This document shows positions 20,378 through 30,314 of a stretch of DNA of 64,000 nucleotides, piece after piece. Where the stretch lies: assembly GCA_027622715.1 (NCBI GenBank), contig JAQBYN010000015.1, positions 11,745 through 75,744 of the forward strand. Direction: 5' to 3'. How positions within the stretch are numbered: the stretch's first letter is position 1; the number at the start of each line of letters is the position of its first letter. A program made the translations under genes and the position numbers. The notes beneath the pieces are model-generated. The model was not told the DNA's origin. It searched no databases and was given only the letters and a program-made list of their open reading frames with translations. Source of the stretch: Pseudomonadota bacterium (GTDB lineage Bacteria; Pseudomonadota; Alphaproteobacteria; SHVP01).

Positions 20378-22564
20378 ATGGCAATTGAGCACGATCCAGC
20401 GGTGAACCTCGCCCCCTTTCCCCTGCCTTTCGAGAAAGGCGAAGGGGGAATTCCGTTCGAGCTGGTGTCCGACTTCCAACCGGCGGGGGACCAACCGCAA
20501 GCGATCGAGGCTCTGATAAGCGGCGTCGGCGAGCACGAGCAGGATCAAGTGCTACTGGGCGTCACCGGGTCCGGGAAAACCTTCACGATGGCGCATGTCA
20601 TCGCCCGGACCCAACGGCCAGCATTGATCATGGCGCCGAACAAGACTCTTGCCGCGCAGCTTTACGGCGAAATGCGCGACCTGTTTCCGAACAACGCCGT
20701 CGAATATTTCGTCTCCTATTACGACTACTACCAGCCGGAAGCGTATGTGGCGCGGACGGACACCTATATCGAGAAAGATTCATCGATCAACGAGCAGATC
20801 GACCGCATGCGCCACGCGGCGACACGATCGCTGTTCGAGCGCGATGACGTCATCATTGTCGCGAGTGTCTCGTGTATCTACGGCATGGGATCGCCCGAGA
20901 CCTACCTCGATATGACGATCCCGCTAAAGGTGGGCGAGACCTTCCCCTTGAAGGAACTGCTGAGGCGTTTGGTCGAGCTCCAGTACAAGCGCAACGATCA
21001 GAGCTTCGTACGCGGTGCGTTCCGGGTTCGCGGCGACACGGTCGAGCTGTTTCCCGCGCATTATGAAGACCGCGCCTGGCGTCTGTCGCTGTTCGGCGAC
21101 GAGATTGAATCGATTGTCGAGTTCGATCCGCTGACCGGAGAAAAGACCGAGAAATTGGAGTCCGTACGGGTCTACGCCAACTCGCATTACGTGACACCAC
21201 GACCAACGATCGCCCAGGCGATCAAGCGAATCAAACGCGACCTCGTCATTCGGTTGGACGAGTTCCGGCAGACCAACAAACTCCTCGAAGCGCAACGGCT
21301 GGAGCAACGCACCCAGTTCGACATCGAGATGATGGAGGCGACGGGCAGTTGCGCCGGCATCGAAAACTACTCGCGGTATTTGACCGGCCGCAAACCCGGC
21401 GAACCACCGCCGACATTGTTCGAGTATCTGCCCGACAATGCCCTGCTGATTGTCGACGAATCGCACGTCTCGGTGCCGCAAGTGGGGGGCATGTTCAAGG
21501 GCGACTTTCGTCGCAAGTCGACGCTGTCGGAGTTTGGCTTTCGCCTGCCGTCGTGCATCGACAATCGACCGCTCAAGTTCGAAGAGTGGGACACGATGCG
21601 GCCGCAAACAGTGTACGTCTCGGCTACCCCGGGGCCGTTCGAGATGGAGCGTGCGGCCGGCGTGGTCGTCGACCAAGTCATCCGGCCGACCGGCCTCATC
21701 GATCCGGTCTGCATCGTTCGCCCGGTCGAAAACCAGGTTGACGATCTGCTCCACGAATGCCGCGAGACGGTTGCCCGTGGCTTTCGCATTCTGGTCACCA
21801 CCCTGACCAAACGGATGGCTGAGGACCTGACCGAGTTCATGCACGAAGCCGGGTTGCGCGTGCGCTACCTCCATTCCGACATCGACACGCTCGAACGGAT
21901 CGAGATTCTGCGCGACCTGCGGCTCGGTGCTTTCGACGTTTTGGTTGGGATCAACCTGCTGCGCGAGGGCCTCGACATCCCGGAATGCGCGCTGGTCGCG
22001 ATCCTGGACGCCGACAAAGAAGGTTTCCTGCGGTCCCGCACCTCGCTCGTCCAGACCATCGGTCGGGCGGCTCGCAACCTCGAGGGACGGGTGATCCTCT
22101 ATGCCGACAAGATGACAGGCAGCCTCGACTACGCCCTGAAGGAGACCGAGCGCCGCCGCAACAAACAGCGGGCCTACAACGAGGCAAACGGCATTACGCC
22201 TGAAAGCGTACGCAAGAATATCTCGGACGTCCTACTGAGCGTGTTCGAAAAAGACTACGTCACGCCCGGTCTGTCCGAGGATGGCGACGGGTTCGAGCAT
22301 CTGGTTGGCCACAACCTGCGCGCCCATATTCAGGACGTAGAAAAGAAAATGTTGGAATACGCCTCCAACCTTGAGTTCGAGGACGCCGCCCGGTTGCGCG
22401 ACGAAATCAGCCGCCTAGAAAGCGCCGAGTTAGGCCTGCCCGGCGAATCAGCGAAGGACGTGCGGGCCCGCCAGCGCGAGTTGAAGAGCGGCGCACGCTC
22501 GTCTGGCGGCCGACCGGGGACGCGGGTCCGCCGTGGCAAGACCAACAAGACGACGTGGATCTGA
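20378..22564 (+). CDS. uvrB: excinuclease ABC subunit B
   Basis: [10 protein letters not shown] Walker A motif. Helicase motifs. A C-terminal UVR domain ([16 protein letters not shown]). An additional basic tail of about 45 aa follows the UVR domain. Confidence 0.95.
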   Translation: MAIEHDPAVNLAPFPLPFEKGEGGIPFELVSDFQPAGDQPQAIEALISGVGEHEQDQVLLGVTGSGKTFTMAHVIARTQRPALIMAPNKTLAAQLYGEMRDLFPNNAVEYFVSYYDYYQPEAYVARTDTYIEKDSSINEQIDRMRHAATRSLFERDDVIIVASVSCIYGMGSPETYLDMTIPLKVGETFPLKELLRRLVELQYKRNDQSFVRGAFRVRGDTVELFPAHYEDRAWRLSLFGDEIESIVEFDPLTGEKTEKLESVRVYANSHYVTPRPTIAQAIKRIKRDLVIRLDEFRQTNKLLEAQRLEQRTQFDIEMMEATGSCAGIENYSRYLTGRKPGEPPPTLFEYLPDNALLIVDESHVSVPQVGGMFKGDFRRKSTLSEFGFRLPSCIDNRPLKFEEWDTMRPQTVYVSATPGPFEMERAAGVVVDQVIRPTGLIDPVCIVRPVENQVDDLLHECRETVARGFRILVTTLTKRMAEDLTEFMHEAGLRVRYLHSDIDTLERIEILRDLRLGAFDVLVGINLLREGLDIPECALVAILDADKEGFLRSRTSLVQTIGRAARNLEGRVILYADKMTGSLDYALKETERRRNKQRAYNEANGITPESVRKNISDVLLSVFEKDYVTPGLSEDGDGFEHLVGHNLRAHIQDVEKKMLEYASNLEFEDAARLRDEISRLESAELGLPGESAKDVRARQRELKSGARSSGGRPGTRVRRGKTNKTTWI

Positions 22565-22571
22565 CCGGCTG

Positions 22572-23432
22572 ATGGATCGCGCCCACCCGGTAGCCGTTCC
22601 ACCGTCTGCCGACGCCGCCTACCTTGCCCGGATCGTTTGCGAAACCTGTTGGGCCCACTTCCGGTCGTGGGCGGCGTGGCCCGGGATCGCGGTTCACGTC
22701 GAATCGGATGTCACCTGGACCGAAGCACCGATCCCCCACATATTCTTCAACCAGGTCTACGGCGCCCGATTCGGACGCGGCGAAAGTCGGCGTCGGATCG
22801 CCACCATGGTCTCCCACGCACGTCATCTCAACGTGCCTCTAATATGGCGGGTTGGGGCCGACAGCGCGCCAGAGAACCTCGGTTCGCGCCTTGAAGAGGG
22901 CGGCTTTTCGTTTGGCGACGAAGCGGTCGCGATGGCGATGGACCTCCAACGTTTGGAAGCCGGCGAAGACATCGCCGACCATGTCACGATCGAATCGGTG
23001 CGCGACGACGCTACGCTACGCGAGTGGAATGAGATTGGACTTGAAGGCTTCGAATTTCCCAACTTCGCTGGCGAACCGTCGTTTCAGTTGCACCGCGCCA
23101 TTGGGCTGGATACCGCGCAACCGCATCAGCATTTCGTCGCGCGAATTGACGGCGTCGCAGTAGGGATGGCGACGCTCACCATCTACTGCGGGGTTGCGAC
23201 GCTCCAGAATCTTGCGACCCGCGCAGCGTATCGTCGTCGGGGCATCGGCACCGCGCTGACGCGGCATGCCATGCGCGAAGGGCGAAAACGTGGATTCCTG
23301 ACCGGCGTGTTGCAGGCATCGCCGATGGGCCGGGGCGTCTATCGGGACATCGGTTTTCGCGACGTCGGGATCGTATCGTCGTACTTGCTAGACGTTGCGG
23401 TCCCCGCGGTGCGCGCACCTATGAACGGCTAG
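22572..23432 (+). CDS. GNAT family N-acetyltransferase (two-domain)
   Basis: The C-terminal acetyl-CoA motif RRRGIGTALTRHAMREGRKRGF (Q/RxxGxG/A) is present. The start is the ATG at 22572, just after the uvrB stop. Confidence 0.7.
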   Translation: MDRAHPVAVPPSADAAYLARIVCETCWAHFRSWAAWPGIAVHVESDVTWTEAPIPHIFFNQVYGARFGRGESRRRIATMVSHARHLNVPLIWRVGADSAPENLGSRLEEGGFSFGDEAVAMAMDLQRLEAGEDIADHVTIESVRDDATLREWNEIGLEGFEFPNFAGEPSFQLHRAIGLDTAQPHQHFVARIDGVAVGMATLTIYCGVATLQNLATRAAYRRRGIGTALTRHAMREGRKRGFLTGVLQASPMGRGVYRDIGFRDVGIVSSYLLDVAVPAVRAPMNG

Positions 23433-24034
23433 AGCAGTCCGGCAGCGGCGCCAAACCGTCCAGCAAAGACAAACTCATCCAGCGGCTTGCGTGTCCGTGG
23501 GTTGGGTTCGCGCGCGCGGTCTTTTTCCTCGGGCAGCAATGCCGCATCGCCCTGATAGCCGAGGGCGATGGCGCTGACCGGATCGAAATCCGGTGGCACC
23601 GCGTAGACCTCGCGAATCTTGTCGAGGTCGATGCCGGACATGTGGTGGGTGCGCAGGCCAAGCGCCTCCGCTTGGATCGATAACATTGCGGTCGCCATGC
23701 CAAGGTCGTGCTGGGCCGTCCGGTTGACCCGCTCTTCACCGGCCCATTTCAGACGGGCGAAGGTGAGAATGAGGACGGGGGCCAGCGCCGCCCAGCTCTG
23801 GTTGCCTGGTACGAGACATTGCAGCATCTGATCGAACGCCGCCTTGTCGCTACGCTGCGCGACAATGAATGCCCATGGTTGACCGTTGCTGGAAGAAGCT
23901 GCCCAGCGCGCCGCCTCGAACACGGCCAGTAATTTAGCCGGCTCGACCGGTCGGTCAGTAAAGGCGCGCGGGCTCCATCGATTCGCTAACAATTCATGGA
24001 TTGGGGCGGCGGTTTCGGCGGTTTTGTGGAGCAT
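23429..24034 (-). CDS. nitroreductase family protein
   Basis: 201 aa. The N-terminus LANRWSPRAFTDRPV and an FMN-binding nitroreductase fold are present. It is convergent with the GNAT gene, with a 4-bp overlap. Confidence 0.8.
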   Translation of the reverse strand: MLHKTAETAAPIHELLANRWSPRAFTDRPVEPAKLLAVFEAARWAASSSNGQPWAFIVAQRSDKAAFDQMLQCLVPGNQSWAALAPVLILTFARLKWAGEERVNRTAQHDLGMATAMLSIQAEALGLRTHHMSGIDLDKIREVYAVPPDFDPVSAIALGYQGDAALLPEEKDRAREPNPRTRKPLDEFVFAGRFGAAAGLL

Positions 24035-24096
24035 GAGGCCTCGCGAATGGATCGGGTTGCGCGCTTATACTCCCTCCAATAAAAAACAACAATATT

Positions 24097-24113
24097 ATGT
24101 GATATAATCACAT
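24097..24113. promoter_or_regulatory. 17-bp perfect palindrome ATGTGAT-ATA-ATCACAT containing a TATAAT -10-like hexamer
   Basis: Seen directly. It lies in a 190-bp AT-rich intergenic region between the divergent nitroreductase gene (-) and YeeE/YedE gene (+). Confidence 0.55.
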
Positions 24114-24163
24114 TTACGTCCGTCTATTGTATTAATGGCCAATTGACCCCAGTTCGGCCTCAG

Positions 24164-24201
24164 GACCTAATAGTCGCCGACAGACCTAATAGTCGCCGAC
24201 A
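24164..24201 (+). repeat. tandem direct repeat 2 x 19 bp (GACCTAATAGTCGCCGACA), followed by a duplicated start-region motif ACATATGRAAAACTTC (24200-24215 and 24224-24239)
   Basis: Exact copies at 24164-24182 and 24183-24201. The second duplication creates an out-of-frame upstream ATG at 24203, which opens a 21-codon ORF overlapping the real start at 24228. Confidence 0.85.
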
Positions 24202-24227
24202 TATGAAAAACTTCTGGTCGAGGACAT

Positions 24228-24650
24228 ATGGAAAACTTCACACCGATCTCCGCACTCGTCGGGGGTAGCCTGATTGGCTTGTCGGCGGCGCTGTTGTTTG
24301 CCCTCAACGGTCGTCTTGCCGGAATCAGCGGCCTCTTGGCCGGACTCATGCCGGCGGCACGGCAAGACGCCACCTGGCGGGTCATGTTCTTGGTCGGTCT
24401 TATCGTTGGTACCGGTGTCTGGCTTGCGGCGACCGGCCGACCGGTGGTCGCATTCGATGTTGGATGGCCGGTGATCGTCGGCGGTGGTGTCCTGACGGGG
24501 ATCGGTACCCGGATCGGCGCCGGCTGCACCTCTGGTCACGGCGTCTGCGGCCTCGCCCGTTTGTCGCCGCGCTCACTCGTTGCGACCGTCACATTCGTCG
24601 GTGTTGGCGGGCTGACCGTCTTCGTCGCCCGCCACGTGATGGGGGTCTGA
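24228..24650 (+). CDS. YeeE/YedE family (sulphur-transport PF04143-like) membrane protein, half-size form 1
   Basis: 140 aa with 4 TM helices. Conserved Cys motifs GAGCTSGHGVCGLARLS are present. Confidence 0.75.
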   Translation: MENFTPISALVGGSLIGLSAALLFALNGRLAGISGLLAGLMPAARQDATWRVMFLVGLIVGTGVWLAATGRPVVAFDVGWPVIVGGGVLTGIGTRIGAGCTSGHGVCGLARLSPRSLVATVTFVGVGGLTVFVARHVMGV

Positions 24651-24652
24651 TC

Positions 24653-25102
24653 ATGGCGCGCAATCTTGTCGCGTTGGCCGCCGGGCTCATCTTTGGCCTG
24701 GGCTTGGCAATTTCGGAAATGGTCAGTCCTTTGAAGGTCAAAGCGTTCCTCGATGTCGCGGGCGACTGGGACCCGAGTTTGATTTTGGTAATGGGCAGCG
24801 CCGTCGTTGTCAGCTTCGTCGCCTTCCGGTTGATCTTGCGGCGCCCACAGCCTGTGCTCGATCTCAAATTCGACATCCCAACGCGGCGCGATATCGACGG
24901 TCGACTAGTCGGCGGCGCCGTGGTGTTCGGCGTGGGTTGGGGGTTAGTGGGGCTGTGCCCAGGCCCTGCGTTGTCTGGGCTGGTCTACGGGAACGTCGAA
25001 TCCTTCGTGTTTGTTGGCGCGATGCTGGTTGGCCTAGCGATCGGACCGCGACTCGTCACCCTGGTCGGCGCGCCACCGGTCGCGAGCGCGACGCCGGGCT
25101 AA
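24653..25102 (+). CDS. YeeE/YedE family membrane protein, half-size form 2
   Basis: The ATG at 24653 gives MARNLVALAAGLIFGLGLAISEM. 149 aa with 4 TM helices. The motif GLVGLCPGPALSGL mirrors the first half. It starts 3 nt after the previous stop. Confidence 0.75.
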   Translation: MARNLVALAAGLIFGLGLAISEMVSPLKVKAFLDVAGDWDPSLILVMGSAVVVSFVAFRLILRRPQPVLDLKFDIPTRRDIDGRLVGGAVVFGVGWGLVGLCPGPALSGLVYGNVESFVFVGAMLVGLAIGPRLVTLVGAPPVASATPG

Positions 25103-25281
25103 GCAACCAGCCTGCCCCGCCTTCTGCGGACACGCCCAAACGCTTACCTGAGCGAATAAAACAGCCCTGCCCTTGAAAAACGGCAGCCCCATCCCCCAGA
25201 TTGGGGGATCGGCGGCCAGTAGGCGGCTACCCATCACTGGCCACGCTGTGGCGGCGCGGCACTCGATCGGACGCCCAAAGC

Positions 25282-26250
25282 ATGGATTTTCTCTTCGTCG
25301 CGGGTGGCCTGCTCCTCCTATTTCTTGGCGGGGATTTTTTGGTCCGGGGTTCGGTCGCGCTCGCCCATCGGCTGGGGATTTCGACCCTCGTTATCGCCCT
25401 AACCGTCGTCGCCTTCGGCACCTCGACCCCAGAGCTCATCGTCAGCGTCGGTGCCGCGCTAAAGGGGTCCCCGGAACTCGCGATCGGCAATATCGTCGGC
25501 AGCAATATCGCCAACATTCTGCTGGTGCTTGGACTGCCGGCCATGATTGCGCCGCTTGGCACCGGCAATAAATCAGCGGGGCGTGATCTTGGCTTGCTGT
25601 TTGCGGCCGGCCTCATTTTCACGGCCCTTGCCTGGAACAATGTCATCGCGTTTTGGGAAGGCGCCGCGATGGTGGCGATGCTCGTCGGCTACTTGGGGCT
25701 GGCCTATACCCTGGCCCGGCGTGATGCGTCGGCGGCCCGACTGTATGCCGAGGAACTCGATGAATTCGAGGTAGGCCCGCAAAAGAAGCCGTTTATCGCG
25801 CTCTCCATCATCGGCGGTTTGGTCGCCCTTTTCGCCGGATCGACGCTGCTGGTCGAAGGCGCCGTCAATATCGCGCGCGCGGCCGGCATTTCCGAAGCCG
25901 TGATCGGGCTAACGCTTGTTGCTTTCGGCACCTCACTGCCCGAACTGGTGACATCCTTTGTCGCGCTGATCCGCAAACATGGCGATGTCGCCCTCGGCAA
26001 CGTGCTGGGTAGCAATCTATTCAATCTATTGGGCGTCGGCGGTATTACAGCATTGGTCACGCCGATCCCAGTGCCGCCACGCATGCTCATCTTCGACATT
26101 CCGGTTATGATCGGCGTCGTGATCATCCTGTCCCCCTTCATTCTTTGGCGCCTGCGCTTCGGTCGCCTGGCCGGCACCATCTTCATCGGCGCCTATGTCC
26201 TGTATGTCTGGTCGCAATTCAACGGCCTGTCCGGCGTTTCAATCGGATGA
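25282..26250 (+). CDS. calcium/sodium:proton antiporter, CaCA family (YrbG-like)
   Basis: The ATG at 25282 gives MDFLFVAGGLLLLFLGGDFLVRGSVALAHRLGIS. Two alpha-repeats of GTSTPEL and GTSLPEL type are present. About 322 aa. Confidence 0.88.
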   Translation: MDFLFVAGGLLLLFLGGDFLVRGSVALAHRLGISTLVIALTVVAFGTSTPELIVSVGAALKGSPELAIGNIVGSNIANILLVLGLPAMIAPLGTGNKSAGRDLGLLFAAGLIFTALAWNNVIAFWEGAAMVAMLVGYLGLAYTLARRDASAARLYAEELDEFEVGPQKKPFIALSIIGGLVALFAGSTLLVEGAVNIARAAGISEAVIGLTLVAFGTSLPELVTSFVALIRKHGDVALGNVLGSNLFNLLGVGGITALVTPIPVPPRMLIFDIPVMIGVVIILSPFILWRLRFGRLAGTIFIGAYVLYVWSQFNGLSGVSIG

Positions 26251-27005
26251 GCGCCAAAGGCGCCGCATTGGTAACCGGCGCCGGCAAGCGGATCGGCCGC
26301 GCCATTGCTCTTGATCTGGCGGCCGCGGGGTGGTCGATCGCTGTCCACCATCACCAGTCAACGGCTGAGGCCGACGCAATCGTTGGTGAAATAGTCGCCG
26401 CGGGTGGCAACGCGGCCGCGCTTGCTGCGGACTTGTCCGATGCGCAGGCGACGGCGACCTTGGTCGATCGCGCCACGGACTCGCTCGGCCCGGTGACGGT
26501 TCTTATCAACAACGCGTCGGCGTTCGAGCGCGATTCCATTACGGATCTGACCGCCGACCTGTGGAACACCCATCTCGACATCAACCTGCGGGCGCCAGCG
26601 ATTTTGACCAAATCCTTCGCCGCTGCGCTGCCCGACGAAGTTAGCGGTAACGTCATCAACTTGATCGACCAGCGGGTCTGGAACCTGACCGGCGAATTCA
26701 TCTCGTATTCGGTAAGCAAAGTCGGCCTGTGGGGTTTGACCCAAATGACCGCGCTTGCCCTAGCACCCCGCATCCGCGTCAACGGGATCGGGCCCGGACC
26801 GGTTTTGCCAAGTGCGCGTCAAAGCGCCGCTGACTTCGCGCGGCAGTGCGCCGCCACGCCGCTCGGGCGCGGCTCGTCACCGCAGGAAATTTGCGATGCC
26901 ATCCGATATATCCTCGCAGCACCGGCGATGACCGGACAGATGATCGCGCTCGACGGCGGCGCGCATTTGACGTGGAAGTCTGCAAGTGGGGCGCCGCCGG
27001 AATGA
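26247..27005 (+). CDS. short-chain dehydrogenase/reductase, pteridine-reductase/FolM-like
   Basis: The ATG at 26247 overlaps the antiporter stop as ATGA. A TGAGKRIGRAIALDLAAAGW Rossmann motif and a YSVSK (YxxxK) catalytic motif are present. It lies immediately upstream of folB. Confidence 0.75.
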   Translation: MSAKGAALVTGAGKRIGRAIALDLAAAGWSIAVHHHQSTAEADAIVGEIVAAGGNAAALAADLSDAQATATLVDRATDSLGPVTVLINNASAFERDSITDLTADLWNTHLDINLRAPAILTKSFAAALPDEVSGNVINLIDQRVWNLTGEFISYSVSKVGLWGLTQMTALALAPRIRVNGIGPGPVLPSARQSAADFARQCAATPLGRGSSPQEICDAIRYILAAPAMTGQMIALDGGAHLTWKSASGAPPE

Positions 27006-27421
27006 CCAGCACCTCCAAAATCCAACCGCTTCGCCTCGCCGATGCCGAGAGCGGCGTCCGTCATGTCTTTGTGCGAGACCTCGTGCTCCAAGCGGAAATC
27101 GGCGTTCATCGCCATGAGAAGCGCCGCCAACAACCCATCCGGGTCAATATCGATCTGACGGTCAAGGAGGACGCCCGACCACTCGATGACCGCCTTGAGA
27201 ATGTCGTCGACTACGAAACCCTGATCGAAGGCGTGCGGCGCCTGATCGGTGCCGGCCATATCAATCTCGTCGAGACCTTGGCCGAGCAAATCGCCGGCCT
27301 GGCACTGTCCGACAGCAGGGTGATCACGACGCGCGTACGTGTGGAAAAACTTCAAGTCGTGAAAGATGCTGAAAGCGTGGGTGTTGAGATCGAGCGTCGG
27401 CGATCAGGGCTAGAGCGCTGA
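27002..27421 (+). CDS. folB: dihydroneopterin aldolase
   Basis: The ATG at 27002 overlaps the SDR stop as ATGA. 139 aa. The conserved FolB elements LQAEIGVHRHEKRRQQPIRVNIDL and VDYETL are present. Confidence 0.85.
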   Translation: MTSTSKIQPLRLADAESGVRHVFVRDLVLQAEIGVHRHEKRRQQPIRVNIDLTVKEDARPLDDRLENVVDYETLIEGVRRLIGAGHINLVETLAEQIAGLALSDSRVITTRVRVEKLQVVKDAESVGVEIERRRSGLER

Positions 27422-27795
27422 GAATACCGACGAATTCTTAGTGAGACCCAGTTTGTCGACTTGTGCACAAGGCGCGCGGTACGCCCCTAACGGGTGTTGC
27501 AGAACCGGCACACACGGCACGCCGCGAACCGCTTGATTTTGATATCTGCTGAAACTTCAATGGGTTACAGAACATGCTCAATATTTGGGCATAGTGGAGT
27601 CACGCCCGGAAATCCACGCTCGGCACCCCGTCGCGGGCGATCCGCCCACAAACTTGTCCCCAGGAGTCGTGGACATCATCACAGCCGCGTCACATTTCGC
27701 GACCACACCGAGTATTGCGCGCCCAGCAATTCGACCACCAGGGGTGGCACCCGACACGTTGACGGTCGAACCTACGGTCGCGATATAACCTACTG

Positions 27796-29688
27796 ATGAC
27801 CGCCACCCCCGCCGAACCCGGTACAGACGAGGAACCGCCACCACCGGGTGCCGGGCGTGCTGTTATTCGTGCCGCGCTGAAGTCCATGCCCGGTGTCCCG
27901 GGCGTCTACCGAATGCTCAATCGTCGCGGCGAGGTTCTTTACGTCGGCAAAGCCCGCAATCTCAAGAAACGGGTCGGCAGCTATGCCAACCGGACCGGTC
28001 ACACCAACCGCATCTTGAATATGATTGCCGCGACGGCCTCGATGGAGATCGTCACGACCCACACGGAGGTCGAGGCGCTGCTGCTTGAATCAAATCTGAT
28101 CAAGCGCCTCAAGCCACGGTTCAACGTCACGCTGCGGGACGATAAGTCGTTTCCGTACATCATGATCCGGCGCGACCACAACTGGGCACAGATCGCCAAA
28201 CACCGCGGCGCCCGCGACCGCGACGCCGAGTATTTTGGCCCCTTCGCTTCGGCCGGCGCGGTCAACCGAACGCTCTCCGCGTTACAACGCGCGTTCCCCC
28301 TGCGGTCATGTAGCGATTCCGTTTTCGAAAGCCGCACCCGCCCCTGCCTTCAATTTCAGATCAAACGCTGCACGGCGCCCTGTGTCGGCCGAATCGAAAA
28401 ACCCGACTATGAAGAAATCGTCCATCAAGCGCGGGACTTTTTAACCGGCAAAAGCCATGAGATTCAGCAACGGCTTGCGTCATTGATGACCACCGCAGCG
28501 GAAACCCGCGACTACGAAACCGCGGCAATGTACCGCGACCGGATCAGAGCGCTTGCCCACATCCAAGCACGACAGGGCATCAACGTTCAGACGGTCGACG
28601 AGGCCGACATCATGGCGTTGCATCAAGAAGGCGGTCAGGTCTGCGTCCAGGTCTTTTTCTTCCGCGGCGGCCAGAATTTCGGCAGTCGTGCCTATTTTCC
28701 GGTCCACACCCAGTCGATGGACCCGCCGGAAATCCTCACCGCGTTCTTCGGCCAATTCTATGAAAGCCGACCGGCGCCACGGTTGATCTTAACCAACCAC
28801 GACTGCGAAGAGCGCGCGCTGATCGAAGAAGCGCTGTCGATCCGCGCCGGCCACTCGGTGAAAATAAATCGGCCGCAGCGCGGCGAAAAAGCCGACCTCG
28901 TGCGTCATGCGCTCGCCAACGCCAGTGACGCACTGCGCCGACGCATGGCCGAAAGCGCAACCCAACGCGCCTTGCTGGAGGGCATTGCCGAAACGTTCAA
29001 GCTGGAAAGTGCGCCCGAACGGATCGAGGTCTACGACAACAGCCACGTCAGCGGCACGCACGCGGTCGGCGCGATGATTGTTGCGGGCCCGGACGGCTTC
29101 ATGAAAGCCCACTACCGCAAGTTCAATATTCGCGACAAAGACCTATCCCCAGGCGACGACTACGGCATGATGCGCGAGGTTCTGACACGCCGGTTTAAGC
29201 GCCTGCTCAAGGATGACGAAGGCCATGCCGGGACCTCGTGGCCGGGGCTTGTCCTGATCGATGGCGGACGCGGCCAGCTAGGCGTCGCAAAAGCGGTCCT
29301 TGCCGATCTAGGGGTAAGCGATGTGCCGATCGCCGGCATCGCCAAAGGGCCCGATCGCAACGCGGGGCGAGAGCGGTTGTTCCTCGATGATGGCACCGTC
29401 ATTCGTCTCGAGCCGCGCGATCCAGTGCTGTACTTCCTGCAGCGCATGCGAGACGAGGCGCACCGCTTCGCCATCGGTAGCCACCGGGCGCGCCGCTCAA
29501 AGGCAATCGGCACGTCACCGCTTGACGAGATCCCAGGCATCGGCGCCCGGCGTAAACGCGCCCTGCTGCATCATTTCGGGTCGGCCGGAGAAGTGGCGCG
29601 GGCCGGCCTGCATGACCTTGAAAAGGTCGACGGGATTAGCGGCAATGTCGCCAAGGTCGTCTATGGTTTCTTTCACAGCGAAACCTAA
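27796..29688 (+). CDS. uvrC: excinuclease ABC subunit C
   Basis: A GIY-YIG N-terminus ([24 protein letters not shown]). A UVR domain. RNase H-like and C-terminal HhH domains. 630 aa. Confidence 0.93.
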   Translation: MTATPAEPGTDEEPPPPGAGRAVIRAALKSMPGVPGVYRMLNRRGEVLYVGKARNLKKRVGSYANRTGHTNRILNMIAATASMEIVTTHTEVEALLLESNLIKRLKPRFNVTLRDDKSFPYIMIRRDHNWAQIAKHRGARDRDAEYFGPFASAGAVNRTLSALQRAFPLRSCSDSVFESRTRPCLQFQIKRCTAPCVGRIEKPDYEEIVHQARDFLTGKSHEIQQRLASLMTTAAETRDYETAAMYRDRIRALAHIQARQGINVQTVDEADIMALHQEGGQVCVQVFFFRGGQNFGSRAYFPVHTQSMDPPEILTAFFGQFYESRPAPRLILTNHDCEERALIEEALSIRAGHSVKINRPQRGEKADLVRHALANASDALRRRMAESATQRALLEGIAETFKLESAPERIEVYDNSHVSGTHAVGAMIVAGPDGFMKAHYRKFNIRDKDLSPGDDYGMMREVLTRRFKRLLKDDEGHAGTSWPGLVLIDGGRGQLGVAKAVLADLGVSDVPIAGIAKGPDRNAGRERLFLDDGTVIRLEPRDPVLYFLQRMRDEAHRFAIGSHRARRSKAIGTSPLDEIPGIGARRKRALLHHFGSAGEVARAGLHDLEKVDGISGNVAKVVYGFFHSET

Positions 29689-29732
29689 CGCTATGCGACA
29701 TGGTACGATCCGAGTCTAACCCCACGGGGACA

Positions 29733-30314
29733 ATGGATACCAACCTTCCAAACCTACTCACGTTGTCGCGTATCGCTGTGATTCCGTTAATCATTGCCGC
29801 GTTCTATCTACCTGTGCCGGCCTCCAGTTGGACCGCGTTCGGGCTCTTCGCGTATGCCAGCGTCACCGACTATTTTGACGGCATGCTGGCGCGGCGACGC
29901 AACCAAACTACCGACTTCGGGCGATTTCTCGATCCGATTGCCGACAAACTCCTGGTTGCCGCCGTTGTTATTATGATGGTCGCGGCCGGTACCATTGCGG
30001 GTGCCGCGGTAATTGCCGCGATGCTCATCTTGTTGCGCGAAATATTGGTGTCGGGCCTTCGCGAGTTTCTCGCCGGTAGACAGATCGGCGTACCGGTCAG
30101 CCGTTTGGCCAAATGGAAGACCGGTGTCCAGCTGGTTGCGATTGCACTGCTTTTATTGACGGACGCGCTACCGCAGGTGGGTGCGGTCGGGACCGGTTTA
30201 TTGTGGATCGCCGCCGTGCTCACTGTGTACACCGGCTACGACTACCTGCGCGGAAGCATCGCGCAGTTAACGGCGAAGCCCGAGCGTGCCGACCCAGCGG
30301 CAGACCGGCGATGA
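29733..30314 (+). CDS. pgsA: CDP-diacylglycerol--glycerol-3-phosphate 3-phosphatidyltransferase
   Basis: The ATG at 29733 gives MDTNLPNLLTLSRIAVIPL. The CDP-alcohol phosphatidyltransferase motif DGMLARRRNQTTDFGRFLDPIADK is present. Confidence 0.88.
   Translation: MDTNLPNLLTLSRIAVIPLIIAAFYLPVPASSWTAFGLFAYASVTDYFDGMLARRRNQTTDFGRFLDPIADKLLVAAVVIMMVAAGTIAGAAVIAAMLILLREILVSGLREFLAGRQIGVPVSRLAKWKTGVQLVAIALLLLTDALPQVGAVGTGLLWIAAVLTVYTGYDYLRGSIAQLTAKPERADPAADRR

Noticed and set aside
24164-24201. Possible CRISPR-like repeats
   Set aside because: There are only two directly adjoining 19-bp copies with no spacers and no cas genes. This is a simple tandem duplication.
25191-25209. Hairpin ATCCCCC-AGATT-GGGGGAT upstream of the CaCA antiporter gene
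   Set aside because: It is a perfect 7-bp stem but has no U-tract and no obvious function. It is noted only; it could be a leader structure.
27494-27796. 100-aa ORF in the uvrC upstream region
   Set aside because: Low-complexity Arg/His/Thr-rich product with no ribosome-binding site. It is judged non-coding.
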